64,000 nucleotides of DNA, taken from the NCBI RefSeq assembly GCF_000315625.1, contig NW_005434667.1, positions 529,160 through 593,159 of the forward strand. The letters run 5' to 3'. The notes beneath the pieces were generated by a model. It worked only from the letters and a program-made list of their open reading frames with translations, searched no databases and was not told where the DNA came from. The translations under genes and the position numbers were made by a program. The DNA comes from Guillardia theta CCMP2712. Its lineage: Eukaryota > Protista > Cryptophyta. Shown here in pieces: positions 51,628 to 64,000 of the stretch. How positions within the stretch are numbered: position 1 is the first letter of the stretch; each line of letters opens with the position of its first letter.

Positions 51628-52393
51628 AGGGAAGATGACTGTGCCTAAAGAGGTATTACTCCGCATGCCCCGAAGTCGTCAAACAACGCACTGTTTGAGA
51701 CTGCAGGATCGATTTAATATCATTCGGATCAGAGCTCCCTGTAGTGAACATCGCACCGAAGTCCTGGAGAAACATTCCATTCAGATCAAGACATCGAGAG
51801 AGTGAAAAGCTCACTGGCTCAAAGTCAATTTCAGCTGACCCAAACATTTGCTGCATAGCAGGATCTGTGTGTGTGTTTCGAGCAGCATTTTTTCTCTTGG
51901 AGCCAACTTCACCACCAGATTGAATATTCCTGTTCTGAAAATTCTGCTGATATACATTTTGCTGGTTTACATTGTTTGTGCTATTCCATAAACCGTCTTG
52001 AGAGTTCATGGTTAGACCTGGATCTTCCACAACCTGGTCGGGTTCAACGAGAGGTAAGATCTCCGAAATTGAGAAGCTTCTTGTGCCATGAGGTGCCATA
52101 TTGGTTGGACGTCTTGATACATCTTGATTCTGAAAACATTTGTTCAAAGATTGTGGAAAATTGCTTCAAAGATGAACCTGAATCGGAAGGTCCATTCTTG
52201 CATTCTGCATGGCATCTTGCCCCCAAAGTCCATCAAGCCAGTCTTCAATCGTTGATTCTCCCCGATTTCCGTTGGCATCGCTCAACCATCTTGAGGCAGA
52301 ACTTCGACGCCTTAGACTCATTCCACCATTTTGGTTAAACGCATCAGAATTGTCCGTTCCCTCCATGGAAAATCGTCTTGAATTGTTGTACAT
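49091..52393 (-). CDS. Divergent TATA-binding-protein-like factor with long polyQ/RRxS-rich N-terminus; very intron-rich, start approximate
   Basis: Stitched repeat 1: TIDLEQ|FFLRCPVDNYVTCVRWGDNTRGV|PRKKKGQSESKNKARSANKFDHCCFVSM|SLPGGFDHVSVKVFKTGRLQTAGCR|DGEMSLTACKVVANCVSRI. Repeat 2: ESIL|GVFDLGFREKGFTVDMEELRLL|LSHP...NRFQ|GLGVYV...NVFVNIFPT|GKCTVTAASSLQQAEEVARVIGD|LIIDLF. Both align by eye with the two TBP repeats. Confidence 0.75.
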
Positions 52394-53399
52394 GATGTGT
52401 CTACAAGACAAAGAAACGTCAATGCAACAAACGTTTTACACTAATATCCACCTTTAAACCTCACAGAGGTCGCCAGGAACTGCCCCCCTGAGTCGTTACA
52501 GTACCCTATTGAAACCCTCAACTGCAAATCATTGTTAGTGCCAGGTCAATTACGACATGTTCCAAATCTAGGATGCCTGTTGGCAAGCTACAAAACAACA
52601 GCGGCTGGTTCACTAGCATAACATGGATTTCTTGATAAGCTAAGAATCAATTCAAATGTCATGGTGGCTCTGCTCACAGACAGGGCATAAGTACACTTTT
52701 TTCTAGATCACATCTGAAGCAACCAGGTTGCATGTTGTTAGCTCATCCTAGCAACCCTTCCTGATGTTCGTGTTGATCGCACAAGAAGGTCCAATCCTCA
52801 CATGTGGAACTCAAACAAGAATTCGCAATTTTTAAGTGATTTCGATGGAAATCCACGTCCCTGTTCCGATCTCCTAAACCCTCAGCATAGACTGCTCAAA
52901 CATGACATCCACAAATATCCAACACTTTCATAACCATCTACTTCTTGGAGCTACATCTCCACCTCGTTTATCTGTCCTTGTGCTCAAAGCTCCGGATTCT
53001 AGATGCTTACTCTGTGCCTGCTACCAACCTACAATTCTGTGTCGAGTGCGAATAACATGAATCCGTCGCTGAATCTTCATCCGCAGGCCTAATATCTTCT
53101 TGTTTTTCTAACATATGCATATTCATAGGGTCTATGATACAAAAAAATATGTCTGTCCCAGCATATGTTCCCCCATCAACTAAATCATCAACTGTGACCA
53201 CCGAATGACTCATCAACCCCGCATCCTTCCCACACCCTTATCTTCTCCTGCCTCGTTATAAAACCAGCTCATGCTCCTGATCGCGTCAAAATCCCTGATC
53301 CATGTATTGCCCCAGCATTAGTCCGCAGCCTCTCCCCTCCCTGCATTCCTTCGCATCTCTATCCCTATGCGCATTTTCGATCTGCGCCGCCTTGCTTCC

Positions 53400-55000
53400 C
53401 ATTTCCCCCCGTTCCACCCCTCCCTTTTCACCCCACCCCCTATTTTTCCTTTCTTATCACCCCTTGTTTCCCAGACAGGACTACACCCATTGACTACCCT
53501 ACCTACCTTAACCTCTTTCCGTCCTATCCGACCCCTGAGCCCCCACCCTCTCTGCCTACCCCTGGGCTATCAATCACACCCCACTCTTCCCAACAAGCCA
53601 TGTTCTACCACCGGTGTCTTGACTATCCCTACCCCTACCTTTCAAGTCCCACTGGTGCTTTTCCTGCCAATGACCACCCGTAGATCCTAGACCATTGACT
53701 ACCCTACCAATGGTCATTGTCCAAAATGCCTAGGAGGACCCGTGCATATCTCACCCCCATCCTAATAGACGCTCAGTACCTGAACAAGGTTCAGAATATC
53801 TGATGCACCCCCACCTCCTTCCTTAAGTACCCCCACCATCTTTATCTAATCACCCCACCCATTCTATAGAATTCATTAGAGCACCCACCCCTCACCATCA
53901 GCCGTTACACATATTCCGGCATACTACCAGGGTGGGAATCATTCGAACACCCACCACTCATAATTATTGACTAGTACCCTACCTCCACTCTCGTGGTACC
54001 CCCAGATGTAGTCTTCAATAACAAGGGGTAGTCCTTGTCATGTTCAGCCTCACCACCTTATCAATACAGACCACCCTACCCTATTTGTTTCCTCAAATGA
54101 TGGTCATTGAACCCGGTGATGAAGGAACACCCCACCAAACACTACGGACTTTACTCCTGCAGGGCCTCCATACCTACCCCACCCCCAATGGTCCTTCCGA
54201 CTCCCTAAAATGGTCGGTCTGTTTTATAACCCACCCCTATATATCTCCTTTGGCAGGGTTATGTGTCAGTTGGGGTACACCCACCCCCAATATGGGAAGT
54301 CTCTTCACCACCGGGTGTTTTTAGTGTCAAATAGGGGGACCTGACGAGATGGGGTCAACCAAAGAGAGCTCATAGCTGGTGGGTAGTTCATTGAGGCGAA
54401 TGGAGGCTACCTAAGAGGGGGGGGGGTTTCCACAGAGGTCAACGAAGCAAGAGTTGGGGGGGTTGTGTAGATACCCGAGGCGTAGGTCGCCCCCACCCCC
54501 CACCCTTCAGTAGTGTGTCCCAGTACTCAAAGTTTTAGTCAGTTTCCGAACGGTTCGGCGGCCGCTCGGGGGCCGGGCCCGCCGGGCCCGTGGCGCACTG
54601 ACTGCCAGACTGCCCGGCACTCTCAGCCGGAAGCCTGCCGGTATCATATCCGGCCAGCCCGGCGGTTTAAAAGCAGTTTGTGACTCCGACAGAACTCTTC
54701 AAGTCCGGGCCGCCGGTCGTACATCATCCGAAAGGCTTTAACATGCGACCGTCAGCCGGTACTACGGTAACTAACCGTGAACGGAGTTCAAGTGCTCAGA
54801 GTCCGAGTTCGACTCGGCCTCGGAGGGTCCGCGGCCAGGCTCCCGGTCGACGCCGGGCCCTGCCGTCACGGAAGTTGACGACTCGGACGGTCCGGCCCGG
54901 GAGCCTCACTGCCGCTGAGCGGCCGGCCCCGGTCTCAGGCCCCGGGCGGCCCTGCCGCGGCCGGGCCCGGCCTTTCCGAAGGTTGGACTGAGCGGGGATG
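53400..55000. other. Large intergenic bipartite block: ACCC-rich tract (~53400-54330) and GC/palindrome core (~54545-55000)
   Basis: Same signature as the other intergenic blocks. Confidence 0.6.
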
Positions 55001-55049
55001 TGGACAAGAATCGTGATATGCAAGAGGAGGTGGGGAAGGAGGAGGTTGA

Positions 55050-57000
55050 CTTGTTGATCGCTGGGTCGCTTCCTCTAACGCTATCCGAGGCTAGCATCAT
55101 CCCCTCCTCTGAGAGTCCTGTTTCTTGCTGCTCCTCCTGACTTCCTCTGCATGCTCCTCGTCCTTCTCTTGCCCTCGAACTGCTTCTCTCCCGACCTACA
55201 CTTGTACTGATGGCGCTGATATTTACTTCATCTTCTCTTCTGAAAGTCTTGCATCGTTATTCTCATCATGTGGCATATCTATACAATCTTTGTTTCTCCT
55301 CTAAGGACCCCCCATTCAATGCATGCCCTATCCTCAATTCAATGATTGTGGACTCGCTATTCTTCATAGCAAACCCATCGGCTCCTCTTCACTGTCTACA
55401 TATCTCTAGAGGATCGTTCAATCATTATATGCAGGGAACATCTGTCCTTGAACTCTCTGCTTTCACGTTCACTCTGAACCTTCTTCTCTGCCTTATTGCT
55501 GGTTCTCCATCGAATTTTGGTACCCCTTCGGAGGTCCTGAATTTTGTCCCTCCCCCCCGCCCTCGTCTGTGTTCACTTCCATGCTTCTTTGATACTTTCT
55601 TCCTCCTGCTGCTGCACCTCCTAGACTTTCATTGTTTTTTCATATTTATCGTCTGATCTCTGCTCCTTGCATTCTCGAACCTTGCCAACCAAAATGAGAC
55701 ACAAGTTCTCTGTGAATTCCACCTTTGGCTAATGGTTTGAATTTTGCATTACTGTTTCTGTCAGTATCCCCTCCCCTCCCCTCTGCATTTGCCCTATCTT
55801 GATCTTCATGCTCTCTTCTGATCATGGATGACAAAGTCAGCACTCAGTTTTGAAAGATGAAAAAGACCTCACGCAATGCCGTATGCAAAGGAAGATAGGC
55901 GATAGTGTCGAGAGTTGTTTGGTCACAAATTCAAGGAAGGAATCCTTTTTGATTCAAAGAAGTAAGCAGTTAATCTTAGCACGCATGACAGTTCTTTCGT
56001 TGTCTGTTTTGTTCCTTTATCTCCTCGTCCAAGGCCTAATTCAGATTTCAGATGTCAAAATCCAAAATCATCCACGTGCCGACTATCCTGTGACACTGAA
56101 TACAAGATGGAGTGATCAAGGAGAGACTTTTTCCTCATCAGATGAACAACCACTCACTTCCTTGGAGAGACAACATGGCTGGGATTGCGTGGAGAATGGC
56201 TCGAGATCAGGTGATTGAGAGTACGCAGGACGACAGGGTATGATGATGGTGTGATTTATCAGTATGACAACAACCGTGATGACACACAAATGCGACCAGC
56301 CGGGCGAGCTCAAAGGGTGGAGTGAGTTTGCATCAACTTTGGTGATCGCATCTCCTCCAACTCATTGTCGTTGGTTCCAGTTGGAATACAAGGCAAAGGT
56401 CGGACCTGATGTTTCAGAACATGTCTGCGCGGGAGGCCTTGAGGTCCTGCCAGAGGTCCGATAGCTTCTTCGTTTTTCTCACGTGAATGTTCAGGTTGCA
56501 AAGGCAAGCGGCAAATGTTCGGGGGGTCTGGAGCGTGATGGTGACTTGCATTTCCATTCCTTTTCGTCCTTCGCAACCACCCACCCCCTCAACCCTTCCA
56601 TCGCATCCTTGCCAAACCCCCACCCTTTTATCTTCCTGCCTCTTGCTGTCTTTCTCTCCAATCCTCCCTGTGATTTCCCTGTTAGATTGTCGTCATGGTC
56701 TGGATGGCGCTACTGCATCACACGTTTCGCTTCGCGACGGTCTCACTTCTTCGCTGCTTTGGCGAACTTGTAATCGATTTCAATCAGATCACCTTGCTGC
56801 ACTCATACGCCACCATCCTTCCCATGGAGCTTCGATATCTTGACTGGGCTGCAAGGGGATACATGTGATTGACCTCTCTCTCTGCCGTTTCCCACTCGCT
56901 GCGGCTGTGACGTGGCCATACCAGGAGCCGCATCTTCATGATGAGGGATCTTGTTAACTTTCCTGACAACGAGCTGGGAAACGAAATTCAGTTTAGACAC
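55050..57000 (-). pseudogene. Possible decayed gene with PDZ-like fragments
   Basis: Minus-strand frames look protein-like but are stop-riddled, e.g. SPVKISKLHGKDGGV*VQQGDLIEID and Q*VGGDAITKVDA, which recall the PDZ GD.I..(I/V)DG motif. Confidence 0.2.
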
Positions 57001-57799
57001 CAACATGACCCTGAGTGAGAACCCTTTGCGTTGGAGCTTCGGCCGGGTGGCCTGCTTGCCTAACGGGTGCTCCAGGTTCAGGAGCGGAAAGAAGACGCGA
57101 TCTTTGCGGGTCTTCGATGTGCCTCTCTCGCGGTATGAGTGTCCTTCCCCTCCACCTTCACACCTGCTCCTGCAGTCCCACCTGTTTTAATCCTTTCCCT
57201 CTCGCCCTCCCTCATGCTGCCACTTGTTACTCATCTCCTCGCCCACCTCCTTTCCTGCCTCTTACCTCTGCCTCGTGGTTTCTCACTTGCTTCTGCAGCG
57301 GGATGAATGCTACCAGAGTCTTCGTCCCGTCCGGACACGCTGAGCCTGCGCACAAGCATCTTCCCTCCCTCCTCCTTCCAGTGCAGCTGCAGCACCTGAA
57401 GGCAGCTGCTCGCTCCTACCCAAAAACATCGCAGGCCACTGAAAAACCGAAGGAAATGAAGGATCAGGATCACTTGAAGAGGCAAGACGAAGGAGAGAGG
57501 AAGGAGCCGCCGCAGGAGGATGATCCCTCCGTTTGGCAAGAAGCTAGGGGCAGGTCATGGCAACACATCGCCAAGCATCAGGTACGTTCCATAGCGGGAG
57601 GAGCAGTACTCGTGCAGTCGATGATCCCTGATCATCCGTTGTCAGGCTGCGTTGAAGGAGCACATGAGGGACAACGCTCACGAGTACTCCCACCTCGTCC
57701 GTTCGCATGCTGCAGAGGGGCGAGGTTGAAGGACAAGGCAAACGGGCGAGGCTCCCCTTCTTATTCTTTCAGGTTTGAGCTTTTTAATCGAGCATTGCG

Positions 57800-59470
57800 G
57801 CTCACCCGGCGTGGCCCGTGGCGCGGCACTGCCGTTGGCACGCTTGCCACGGGTGACCGTCCCAAGCTGACGCTGCCGAAACTGCCACCGTGGCGGCCTG
57901 CCGGTGCTGGCCGGGCGGCCCGGCGTCCGTGACATTGGCCGGGCCGCCGGCCGCGCCGGGCCGGGGCGGCTTCCGGGCGTCCGACGGAGGGCCGGTCACC
58001 GGGTCGACCTGACGGATCGCATGCCAGCCGTGCCGCTGAGTCAGATCTGAGCGCCGAGTTAACAAAACTCTGCAATGTAGCCTACCGTGGTCAGTGTGAC
58101 GAAGTGCAGGCCTTCCTAGCCGTCTTGCTAAGGTCCTCTCGTGTCTGGATGCTTGGCCAGTGGGTTTCACATCCTAGCATACAGTCTATCCCTCATGCAG
58201 TGCTCCTCATTGAATTCTGGTTTCCTGCATGGCCGCACTGAAGTAACTCGGGAGCAAACTTGAAACTGACGGTACCATCGGTCTTGTTGCAGCTAAGGTC
58301 GATATGATGTATGCATTACTTTGGCATAGTACTACAAACTGATTATGCTCCGTCACGACCCTTACTCAGCCTGGCAGGCTCCCGGAGTCCGATTCCCCGG
58401 GGCCCGGCGTAGCCTGACTGGCAGGCCGGGCCGTTGCGCCGGGCAGGCGGCCCCGATCTACTGAGGGCCCTACCCCGATCTCTACTGGTACCTACCCCTG
58501 TATTCCCTAGCTTCCAGTAAACTATTCGAACTCACACCTACCCACCCAAAGGAGGTCGTAAGGTCCTCATTTGATAGCCTAGGGTTACCACCCCACCCCA
58601 GAAACATGTATTCACACCCATTTCATGACCCACCCCTTTTTACTACCTACCTTTCAATTACCACCCACCCACCCCTAAACCACCTCCATGCCCTCTATCG
58701 ACTTTTTTGTTCTCCTGACCACTCGTGTCGCTCCAAATCGAACAGGTAGGGGTCCATCCACCCCCTGCTTGAAGGGACTTCGTACCCCTGAGGGCCCATA
58801 AACTTTTTCAAAAAGTTTTGACAGATGAGGTACCGAGTACCCCACCCTATCATATCCCTCCCCACGTTCCTGGTACCCCACCTTAGCTTGTAGGGAACCA
58901 TGGCCTCTGTTTCACCAATTTTCCCACCCCCACCCTCGTTCCAACCGACCAGCTCCTAATCTTGACCCCACCCTTGCTAAAGAATTCTTGAGTACCCTCC
59001 CCGTCCCAAGACATCACCCACCCACCCCATCAACAAATATGTACCCCACAGACCCAATTTCAGCCATGGAAGGCACTATCTCAGGACCCCTACTTATTTT
59101 CACTACCCCTTCTTTTGTGGGAGCCTTGAAGTAACACCCCTCCAAGCCCCTCATCCGATAACCCCTGTCGCCTAGTCATATCCACCATACCCTGTTTCTC
59201 ACCCCCCCTTTTCCCAACCACCCCCCTGTGGGCACCTTAAGTACCCAGTGCCCTCTGTTCCTAGACCCTTTTCCTACTGTGCTAACCCCCTTCCTTACTA
59301 CCAACTGCCTTACCACCTACCCCCTTTTACTAACTTTCACCACCCATAACGCACTGAATTGTTATCATACCCCTATTTTTGAAGCAAACGATATGGAAAA
59401 GTACCTGGTTCTGAATGACCCTACCCACTTCCACAATGACCCTACCCAGTCAGACACCACCCCACCCCGT
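57800..59470. other. Intergenic bipartite block: GC cores (~57800-58070, ~58370-58460) then ACCC-rich tract (~58470-59470)
   Basis: Same signature, upstream of the MYB gene. Confidence 0.6.
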
Positions 59471-60495
59471 AGCATGAGCGATTTGAGGAGCGCTAGTCGT
59501 CATGGCGCGCCCTTGCTCTGACTATAAGCATTACCCTCCCACTCATCCGTCTCATCCTCCTATCATGCGTCTACTTTTTGTCTTTGCGATCCTATATCTC
59601 ACCAATACTTCAACATCTTTTATCCCTGCCATGCTTCTTCCACATCCTGGTAGCTTCGTCTTGGAAAACAGTTATACTTTGCAACCCGTAGCTGGTCCAC
59701 ATCTTTCACATCATTACTTCCTGTTATGTTTTACCGTCGTATGTCAACTCATTCATGTAAAGAAGTTGTGTCAAAGTTCCTCACTTCATTTTTCTTCTTC
59801 GAAATTCCACGGTTCACCCCAACCTCTCCAAATTCCTCAAACTATTCTTCGAATTTTCCTCTTTGTCGACAAAGTTTTGAGGGTAACGCTGATGTTGATC
59901 TCACTTGGTCCTTGACTTGCATCAATCATACGTGTACAATTTGAGGTTATCAGTACTCTCTGCTCCTCCTTTTGCCTCTCATGTGATGATTGGTCGTGAT
60001 GCGTTCCCTGGCACGGTCATTATACTAAGATACGAGTCGGGCACGTTTGAAATCCAGTCTTGTGTACTCCTCGTAAATCTAAATCATGTCAAATGCGATT
60101 TCTGGTAATGCTGTGTGTTGCCCATGTGTGTCTATTCTAGAAACATGTACATGTGGACTTGGTACTTTATCCTTGTCTTGGCCGTTGAGTTTTTATCAGC
60201 ATTTATACAAAGTCTATGATTCGGAAGATTTCTCTTTTTAAATCACTTCTTTTTGCCAGGCGGATTTTCCCGTTTGAATGATTGCCACTGGATTGGTTTT
60301 CATTCTGGTCTTCATACGGGACAATTGATTCAGCTCTGTAGGTGGAACGATGGAATGTGAGTGGTGATATTCGTGTGGGTGCAGATTTGAGGGCGGTGAG
60401 CATCCAAGGCTCATCAGATACCATCTGCTGAATTCTGTCTCAAAATCTGAGTTCGCATCATCTTCATTGTGTGATTGCAGAAATACCATATCGAG

Positions 60496-63175
60496 ATGTC
60501 TGGAGGTGTGAATGGTTGGCTCAACGGGAGCATTGCAAGTCCAAGTGATTCCGAGGATGAGCAAGAACCAGCTGTACGCGGCAGCAAAGCAAAGTGGACA
60601 GCAGAAGAAGACAGCAGGCTTGCAGCACTCGTTGATCAATTTCACGCGAAGAATTGGAAAAAGATCGCTGAGAGAATGGAAGGAAGGACAGATGTTCAAT
60701 GTCTGCATCGGTGGCAAAAAGTTCTGAACCCAGATTTAGTGAAAGGTCCATGGACGAAAGAAGAAGATAGGACAGTGATTGAATTGGTTAGTCAGCATGG
60801 CCCAAAGAAATGGTCTTTAATTGCCTCGCATCTACCTGGCAGAATTGGAAAGCAGTGCCGGGAAAGGTGGCATAATCATCTCAACCCAGATATCAAAAAG
60901 GAAGAGTGGACTCCTTTGGAGGATAGTATAATCATTCACGCTCACAGAGTATATGGAACAAAATGGGCAAAGATTGCAGCTTTGCTGCCGGGGCGTACAG
61001 ACAACGCAATCAAGAATCACTGGAACTCCACGATGAAAAGAAGGTGAAATATGTCCTTCACTCGATATGCTTCCATGACTTTTTCCATTTCATAGATACT
61101 TCATGAAGACAACGGATACAGAAGGAGAGATTCCTGCTTTGGTAGCTGCAGCGATGTCAGGAAGCCATGAATACAGTGTTCAGCAGCTGAAACTCTTCAC
61201 GGGAGTCGAGGGAAATGATCATCTAACGGAAACTCAGTCGAAAAATGGCAAAGTTACCAAAGATTCACAAATCGTTCCAGCAGCTGCGAATTCTTCTCAA
61301 AAATCTCTTATGGTTGAAGACAAGAGCCTTCTGCACTCGTCTGTGACGATGCGCAACGGTCTCCCACAGCAAGCGGCCATTGTCCCAAGAATTTCAAACC
61401 CCAAAACCCTACTGTACAGAGAAACGGCCACTTCACCCTTTCTAAAAGCCCAAGCAGCATATCAAGCGAAGGCACAATTGTTGCATGAAACTTCAGCAGA
61501 CGGGCTAAAATCGCAAATCAAGAAGCAGCACCATCCGTCACAACAAATCAAGAACTTGCAACCAAGTTCACAAAGCCTGCTTTTGTCGTCAACTTTGCCT
61601 CAAGGCCAAGAGTCCAATCTGTACTCCAATTCTCCACTGCGGCTGAAACAACCGACAAAGAAGAGGCAAAAGCAGAAGGACACAAAGAGCACAATGCTCA
61701 TGGGTGCAACTTTCAATTCGTTTGCTCACTCTAGTGGAGGAATGGTAAATATCAATTCGGTATCTGTTCACGGACATTATGCCTCTCCTTTGGATGCCAC
61801 AAAGCGAACGGTGAGTTTTCCCCTTATGAGCTCAATTTGATCTTTCTGTGCCTCTTGGCTGTGTGATTTGGTCTCGCTGGTACTTACTAACTCTATTGCA
61901 GCAGGACCAGCTGGAAAGCTTGAAGATTCATCAGCCGCAGAAGAACAAGGGCGGAAGCCGCGGAAAAGATGCTAGTCCGCTTACAATGGACATCTATGCT
62001 GATGCCTTCAGAAAAGTAGGAAACGCTATGATACAGAGTCAGAGACTTCAGTCTTCAAGTCAAGGCAGCCAGGTTCAGGTGCAGGCCCCGAGGAAAAACT
62101 TGGGAGTAAGGCCTGATGTGAAGCCGTCAACGAGCAAGAGGGGGAGCAATCGAACGCCCAAGAAGCCTTCCTACTCAAGTGCTTATGAAGGGTCAAGGCA
62201 GAATGAGATTCCCCCTGTTACTTACCAGAACAATGGCCAGTTCAACCTGATTCAAGAGCTCGATGCTGGGAACTCAAGGGACATCTTCGAGTGCTTGCAA
62301 GGAAAGAGTCCTGATTTGCATCCTTCCACCTTGCTGGACTCTCCTCTTCTTTCCAGTGAATTGGCTCCCAACACTCCGCATGTCCTGGCTCCGCTCAGCG
62401 ATAATCAGAAGTCTTCTCGGACCCCCGCCAGCACTTCAGTACAGCCTCTTGCGGGCGCGCAATGGTTCCTCTCTCCCCTCCTGGCTAGCAAGGATTCACC
62501 GGGCACGGGTTGGAACGGGACGCCCTTGCTGAACTCGAACAACTCGCCCACGGTCAGCCCCATGTTGAGCTCGTGCGATACAGTCGCTGGAGCTCAGAAG
62601 AGAAAGATATCGAGCCCCTTCCTCTCCTTCTCTCCCTCCTCTCAGCCGATGACGTCTCTCCCTGTAAATAATAAGCGGTTCGCTTCCTCCAAGAGCTCGG
62701 CGCCCTGCACGTCTTCGCTATGGCAGCCAACTGGAAGGCTGTCGGTGTTGAGCTCGGGCAATGAGAATATGGCAAAGAGCGGGGATAGGCAGCCCTCTTC
62801 GTTCAGCTTCCAAGACGGCATCAACTTCGGGCACAGCCATGACGGACACGATGGAGTGAACCCGGCCAGCCCTGCACTGTCAGCGCAGTCGTGCGGGAGC
62901 ATGTCTTCCTACTCTCTGGGGCTGCAGTCTACCAGCCATGGGGCTAGAGAAGAGGCGCCGACTAGTGGACTGATCGACCAGACGGTGGCGGTGCTGAAAG
63001 AGTACCAGAACAGCCCTGAGATGCGAATGGCGGGGTCGAGTCAGATCCTTCCGCTGCCCAGCCCCCTCATCAGCCCGCTGATCGGGTGAGTTGCACTTGT
63101 CATGGCTGACGATGACCTGACGCACTCGTGGTGTTGTACAGGCCGATGATGGCGCCGAAGATGACAGAGGCATGA
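60496..63175 (+). CDS. MYB3R: Three-repeat (R1R2R3) MYB transcription factor, 4 exons
   Basis: [10 protein letters not shown]...[28 protein letters not shown]...[29 protein letters not shown]...[17 protein letters not shown], followed by a long S/P-rich C-terminus. Confidence 0.93.
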
Positions 63176-63299
63176 GAGGGAAGGAGCGTACCTCCTCTCC
63201 TCGATGCCCCCTTCCTACTTGTCAAACTATCTCCCTTTGTACAGAAACTCTTGCGACAGTAATGTTTTTCTCTTGCTACTTTTTTGAAGAATGCTTGTA

Positions 63300-64000
63300 A
63301 TCAATGATGAAATTCAGTCTGAGTCTTCCTGGGTCTCCTGGCCCCACTCTGGACGATACTCCTCCTCGCCAGAGTACAGCTCTTCCTCCCTCACCTTCCT
63401 TCCCATCATGCGCTCCACCATCTCCTGCTCAGGTGTCATTTCAAGGGACGGGGAGGGAGGGGGAGGGGCACCCGGAACTCAGGATTCTGATCGAAACGAT
63501 AGCCGAGCTTTGGCCATTGAGGATCTGCGAGGAGAGTGAGGAGGCCGTGATGGAGGGAAGCGAGGGTGTAGGAGGCGGGGAGAGGGGGACCGGGGAAGAG
63601 GAGGGGAGGAGAGAAGCAGGGGGAGAGAAGGCAGAGGAGGAACAAGGCGGCAGGTTGGGCAGGGAAGGGGACAAGGCATGTCAGCACCCAGCATGATGTC
63701 GTGGAATTCCTCGTAAACCTCAGGAGTGAGGAGGTACTCGGCAGCGTGAAACATCTATAGAGGAGCATCAGCCGCGGAGGTACAGGAAGGCGAGCAAGAG
63801 AAGGGGACCTTGGAGACAGTGTAAGGGTCGTTTGGATGAAGATCTGCCACCCTGCCGTACATGCCGTCAGGCTCGTCAGCATCCTATGGCCGGGGCAATC
63901 AGGGCACCAATCCTTCCAATCGATCGCCTTCAGGGTCTTTATCGCTGTCTCGTCGGGGACCACCTGCAGTGGCAGAGTGAGGAGCCGGAGCCGAAGAAAT
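63300..64000 (-). CDS. 3' part of an unidentified multi-exon gene running in from the window edge
   Basis: Short exons bounded by GT-AG: VVPDETAIKTLKAIDWKDW|VADLHPNDPYTVSK|MFHAAEYLLTPEVYEEFHDIML|DPQWPKLGYRFDQNPEFR|EMVERMMGRK. Confidence 0.5.

Noticed and set aside
53400-54330. ACCC-rich tracts as interstitial telomeric repeats
   Set aside because: There is no periodic CCCTAA/CCCTAAA unit; the composition is biased but aperiodic.
57015-57932. 305 aa plus-strand ORF
   Set aside because: It has a non-ATG start, no recognisable domain, and runs into the GC-rich intergenic block. A small spliced gene cannot be excluded but is unsupported.

Overview
This is gene-dense eukaryotic nuclear DNA with many ~45-60 nt introns, so most genes are split across several ORF-track entries. 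Gene models were stitched by hand and their ends are approximate. Three genes have bipartite signal+transit presequences (ASAF/DAF/HGF), which points to an alga with a red-derived complex plastid, most likely a cryptophyte such as Guillardia (inference). Recognisable genes, in order: a PC-esterase/TBL-type SGNH protein, ALY/REF (THOC4), an FHA coiled-coil protein, a TPR+LRR fusion, a class I methyltransferase, a plastid CGGC protein, PGR5, a CTL/SLC44 transporter, a plastid methyltransferase, an RPGRIP1L-like ciliary protein, PUS3, two receptor paralogs, RPB11, a TBP-like factor and a 3R-MYB. Four things stand out. (1) A head-to-head inverted pair of receptors fuses a bacterial TtrS/PhnD-like sensor domain to a TM helix, an apparently intact non-RD kinase and a guanylyl cyclase; the two copies are a mosaic of near-identical and divergent blocks. 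(2) A cryptic, intron-fragmented TBP-like factor resembling giant-virus TBP-like proteins has a polyQ/RRxS-rich N-terminus and lies tail-to-tail with RPB11. (3) An intron of PUS3 holds a ~118-triplet CTG expansion. (4) A two-part intergenic signature recurs: a CpG/palindrome-rich block plus a strand-biased ACCC tract. No rRNA, tRNA, CRISPR array or intact transposon was recognised.
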